Assembly (NCBI GenBank): GCA_024275415.1
Contig: JAJRZD010000020.1
Coordinates: 57,821 to 89,820 of the forward strand
Reading direction: 5' to 3'
Origin: an archaeon
GTDB lineage: Archaea > Asgardarchaeota > Thorarchaeia > Thorarchaeales > Thorarchaeaceae
DNA length: 32,000 bases
In this document: piece after piece, positions 28,706-32,000 of the stretch
Layout of the letters: the number at the start of each line of letters is the position of its first letter
Numbering within the stretch: the first letter of the stretch is position 1
Program-made: the position numbers and the translations under genes
Notes under the pieces: model-generated
Databases searched by the model: none
Seen by the model: only the letters and a program-made list of their open reading frames with translations
What the model was told of the DNA's origin: nothing

Positions 28706-29260
28706 TTGGTTCGCACATACCTCATATTGTTCAAAGATATGCCAATCAATAGGAGTGATGTCAAGCGTGGGGAGAATCATCCGAAGGTCATCATGGCGGC
28801 ACGATGTGTCAATGTGGCTTTGTTCCTCTCCAATGCGATGCGACGAGATGTTGTACTATCGATATGCATCGGAGATGATGCTCAGTGGGAGGTAATCTCG
28901 TTCTTCGGAGAAACACTGAAAAGAGTGTCACCTGATGAGCGCTCCATCTCGTTCTTCATCCTTAAGGCAATAGACGCAGTGAATCGACTAGATGATGGTG
29001 ACACATTCACCCTTGACAACGGGATTGTCGTAGAACGAGTTGCCCCTGCAAAATTCCTAGGTCGGTGGGAGCATATCCGTATGGCAAGTGACCGTTACGG
29101 GGATGATTGGCAGGTAGAAGGACAAACAGATGTGGTCTATCTCTATGATGTGGATTCAGGGTTCACATATGATGAGAAGGATTTTGTGCTTGTCCCCAAA
29201 ACTAAAACCCCCGAACGTTTTATCCTTGACATAAATATGATATATGACCGCACAGAATGA
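28706..29260 (+). CDS. TrmY-like SPOUT protein (DUF358), C-terminal knot divergent
   Basis: ARCVNVALFLSNAMRRDV and L..VSPDERSI match the TrmY N-half. The C-terminal motifs are poorly conserved. Confidence 0.7.
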   Translation: MVRTYLILFKDMPINRSDVKRGENHPKVIMAARCVNVALFLSNAMRRDVVLSICIGDDAQWEVISFFGETLKRVSPDERSISFFILKAIDAVNRLDDGDTFTLDNGIVVERVAPAKFLGRWEHIRMASDRYGDDWQVEGQTDVVYLYDVDSGFTYDEKDFVLVPKTKTPERFILDINMIYDRTE

Positions 29261-29320
29261 CCTATGAAGAAATGTTCATAATGGATACATAAACAGCCCA
29301 ATAGAAAACGGTGACCTCCT

Positions 29321-30496
29321 ATGCCTACCAATGTTACTCCCGAGTTCGATAAACAGAGGCAGATATACGAGGACACAGAAGACCTTGAACAACGTATCGT
29401 AGAACTAGAAAAGCTCCTGTCCCTAGCGCCTAACCACAAGGGTGCTGAGAGAATGAGAGCCGACTATAGACGGAAGCTCGCTCAGCTCAAGGCACAATTG
29501 GAGAAAGAGAGAGAGCAGGCACGAGCACGCCGTTCAAGCGGGACTGAAGAAGGCGTCGTACGAAAGGAGGGTGCAGGACAAATCTGTCTGGTAGGAGTGA
29601 CAAACAGCGGAAAGTCCTCCCTAATCAATGCGGTCACAAACGCTGAGTTCGATGTCGGCGATTACCCGTTCACTACACCGCTTCCAACCCCGGCCATGCT
29701 GGCATTCGAAGATATCAATATCCAGCTGGTAGAGATTCCCGGGATATTTGAGGGAAGCTACGACTCCTCTATTGGCAGGCAAGCCCTCGCTGTAGTCCGC
29801 AATACAGATTGTATCGCTCTTTGTGTAGATCTTTCTCAAGACATCGATATGCAGATGAATACGATTCTCGGCGAGCTTGATAGAGCACGGATACGTCTAA
29901 ACAAGGAGAAGACCGCTGTAAGAATAGAACGGGTCGGCCTTGGAGGGCACATGATATATGGAATTCAGAATTTCGAGGGCAGCAAGGAAGAGGTAATCAA
30001 TTATCTCAAAGCTCGAAAGATCACGAACATCATCGTTCGCTTCCAGAAACGGGCGACTTTCCAACAGCTGGTCGATGCAATGGATGCAAGCGTAGCCTAT
30101 GTGCGCGCGCTCATCATTGCCACAAAAGGAGATGCGCCAGGGTCTAAGGAAAGGTTCCAAGAACTCGAAGAGAAGTACGGGGACAAGTTTGACATAATCC
30201 CAGTTTCCGCAGAGAAAGGAGAGAACCTTGATGGCATGAGCTGGGCCCTATATGACCATCTTGACATCCTCAGGGTGTACACGAAGATACCCGGACGAAA
30301 ACGTGAGGACAAACCAATCGTCCTGCCTGTCGGCTCGGTCGTCGAGGATGCTGCTGCGAAGGTGCACAAGGAACTCTTCGTTGAAAGATTCAAAGCCGCC
30401 ACCATCATCCGTGAGAATGACAAGATCAAGCGTCGGCAGGTAGGACTCAGCTATCCTCTTGAAGAAGGCGATGTGATACAACTTGCCCATCGGTAG
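29321..30496 (+). CDS. OBG/DRG-family GTPase with TGS domain
   Basis: MPTN N-terminus, P.HKG, G1 GVTNSGKS, G2 YPFTT, G3 VEIPG, G4 TKGD, and TGS region RVYTK..G.VEDAAAKVH. Confidence 0.92.
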   Translation: MPTNVTPEFDKQRQIYEDTEDLEQRIVELEKLLSLAPNHKGAERMRADYRRKLAQLKAQLEKEREQARARRSSGTEEGVVRKEGAGQICLVGVTNSGKSSLINAVTNAEFDVGDYPFTTPLPTPAMLAFEDINIQLVEIPGIFEGSYDSSIGRQALAVVRNTDCIALCVDLSQDIDMQMNTILGELDRARIRLNKEKTAVRIERVGLGGHMIYGIQNFEGSKEEVINYLKARKITNIIVRFQKRATFQQLVDAMDASVAYVRALIIATKGDAPGSKERFQELEEKYGDKFDIIPVSAEKGENLDGMSWALYDHLDILRVYTKIPGRKREDKPIVLPVGSVVEDAAAKVHKELFVERFKAATIIRENDKIKRRQVGLSYPLEEGDVIQLAHR

Positions 30497-30512
30497 TAGA
30501 GAGGACACTGGG

Positions 30513-31271
30513 ATGCAAGGAGAGGATGTGCCAGATGGCTTTCCGAATCTGGTCGTAGTCCTTGTCGCTCCTGAAAATCCAGGGAATGTCGGTTTTGCTG
30601 TGCGGGCCATGGCTAACTTCGGAGTGACCCGACTCAGGATAGTGGATACTGATCCCCGAGATGACAAGTATGCCAAGATCTTCGCGGTACATGCTGTAGA
30701 CACACTTGAGAATGCAGAGATTTTCGATTCATTGGATGACGCATTAACTGATGTGGAAGCTGCATGGGGAGCAACAGCGCGCAAAGGTAGCAACCATAGT
30801 GTGACTCGGGCAACAGTGACTCTTGAAGACTTGCCCGATCCTACATCACTTCCAGCTACCGTTGCCCTCGTCTTTGGGAGGGAGTCTGTGGGATTGACCA
30901 ATGATGAGTTATCCCTTTGTGATATTGCATTCCACATCCCGACTTCAACGGTCTACAAGAGCATGAACCTTAGTCATGCTATTGCAGTGACTCTGTACGA
31001 GCTGTACAAGAACTATGCAGAGAAGCCCGAGCCACGACCTACAGATATCCGAGCGGCTACGAAACCAGAACGAGAACAGGCCGCTTTCTTCTTTGATGCT
31101 CTCATCGATAAGACCACTATCAAAGAGTTCAGAATCCCTATTGCCAAACAAGTCTTCCGTAACCTGTTACATCGTGCATTTATGACCGGTAGAGAAATCG
31201 CAACTCTTACTGGTTCCCTCCGGAAAATCCTGAAAGTTATCGAACAACATGAGAATGCTAACATGCCATGA
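30513..31271 (+). CDS. trmJ: SpoU-family tRNA 2'-O-methyltransferase (TrmJ-like)
   Basis: VVLVAPENPGNVG...RAMANFG, ALVFGRESVGLTNDEL and SMNLSHA. ATG 30513 is preferred over 30483. Confidence 0.9.
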   Translation: MQGEDVPDGFPNLVVVLVAPENPGNVGFAVRAMANFGVTRLRIVDTDPRDDKYAKIFAVHAVDTLENAEIFDSLDDALTDVEAAWGATARKGSNHSVTRATVTLEDLPDPTSLPATVALVFGRESVGLTNDELSLCDIAFHIPTSTVYKSMNLSHAIAVTLYELYKNYAEKPEPRPTDIRAATKPEREQAAFFFDALIDKTTIKEFRIPIAKQVFRNLLHRAFMTGREIATLTGSLRKILKVIEQHENANMP

Positions 31272-31306
31272 ACGATATGGCACTCAGGGAAAACCGCCCA
31301 GAGAGA

Positions 31307-31849
31307 TTATTTCACCCCATACCCCATTTTCTTGCGTAGCTCAGGGTCAATCTTGTCGAAGACTATCTTGCAAGGAGTCGGGAACTTGGGCGCCGCCTTC
31401 TTCAATGCCTTCATCGTCTGTTTGATGTGCTGAGGGTGAGTCCTGATGGTGATGAGCGCCTGATTCCGTTTCACCCGCGCTGCTGAGCCAATCACCTTAC
31501 CCCATGCTCGACGCATCCCGTCCTGCACTCGGTCTGCACCAGCCCCTGAAATCATCTTGTTCTCTCTAAGATAATGCAGTGGTGCCACACGTATTCTCAG
31601 ATGATAATTCTTGCGCCCTACGAACTTGGTCATGTGACGGTTAGATGCAATGCGTGCCGCCTCAAGTGCCTGATGCCGGATCTGGCACCTCTCTAGACCA
31701 ATCAATGACATCTCGACGGGAAACTCGCCTCCTGTTTCTCCCATGTCAAAACTTACTATTCGACTCGCTGGTTGACGGTGGATGTACCGCCTCCTCACAA
31801 AAGGCTGACGATCGGGCTCCCTATAACAGTGTCCTGGTCTTTTTCCCAT
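31307..31849 (-). CDS. rpl10e: 50S ribosomal protein uL16 (L10e)
   Basis: RP..CY, QIRHQALEAARI, LRENKM..GAGADRVQDGMR.AWGK..G.AARV and K.P.P. ATG 31849 follows AGGTGA. Confidence 0.96.
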   Translation of the reverse strand: MGKRPGHCYREPDRQPFVRRRYIHRQPASRIVSFDMGETGGEFPVEMSLIGLERCQIRHQALEAARIASNRHMTKFVGRKNYHLRIRVAPLHYLRENKMISGAGADRVQDGMRRAWGKVIGSAARVKRNQALITIRTHPQHIKQTMKALKKAAPKFPTPCKIVFDKIDPELRKKMGYGVK

Positions 31850-32000
31850 GAATATCACCTGTGCATAGATTGGTCTGTAGCCTGAGTGGCATAGTCAGAG
31901 AGAGCCGTGAGGGTTTGAATAAAAGGGTTATGGCATGGGCTATTGCACGGAGTACTCTCGCGATGATATTCTGTGGAGGTTATATTTCGATGTCCGATTG

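Noticed and set aside
31990-32000. Possible gene start (GGAGGT then ATG TCC GAT) at the right edge
   Set aside because: Only 11 nt are visible, so it cannot be identified.

Overview
Gene-dense archaeal chromosomal window, probably an Asgard archaeon (Thorarchaeia-like by my impression; no search was run). Most of it is housekeeping: FEN1 (partial), Zn-finger plus aEF-1beta, Cdc48, RibL, PUA/PAPS-reductase-family protein, AOR, DeoC, Hef, GlmU-like enzyme, a radical SAM protein, A-type ATPase F/A/B, family-4 UDG, PyrI, SRP54, a TrmY-like protein, a DRG-type GTPase, TrmJ and uL16. I saw no rRNA, tRNA, CRISPR array or IS element. The main finding is an accessory cassette at 19261-21872. It holds a DpdA-like 7-deazaguanine transglycosylase, flanked by a divergent DUF6884/YaaA-like gene and a downstream ArcS-like DUF5591 gene. 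The ORF track misses the DUF5591 gene because a +1 frame break near 21470 splits it. No dpdB, restriction or preQ0-synthesis genes are nearby. This looks like a minimal archaeal deazaguanine DNA-hypermodification module carrying two candidate nitrile-tailoring enzymes (inference). Other oddities: the ATPase operon is interrupted between A and B, DeoC has a CxxC-CxxC tail and sits next to AOR, and twin palindromic operator-like sites lie upstream of two wHTH regulators. All family assignments come from motif recognition by eye, not from database searches.
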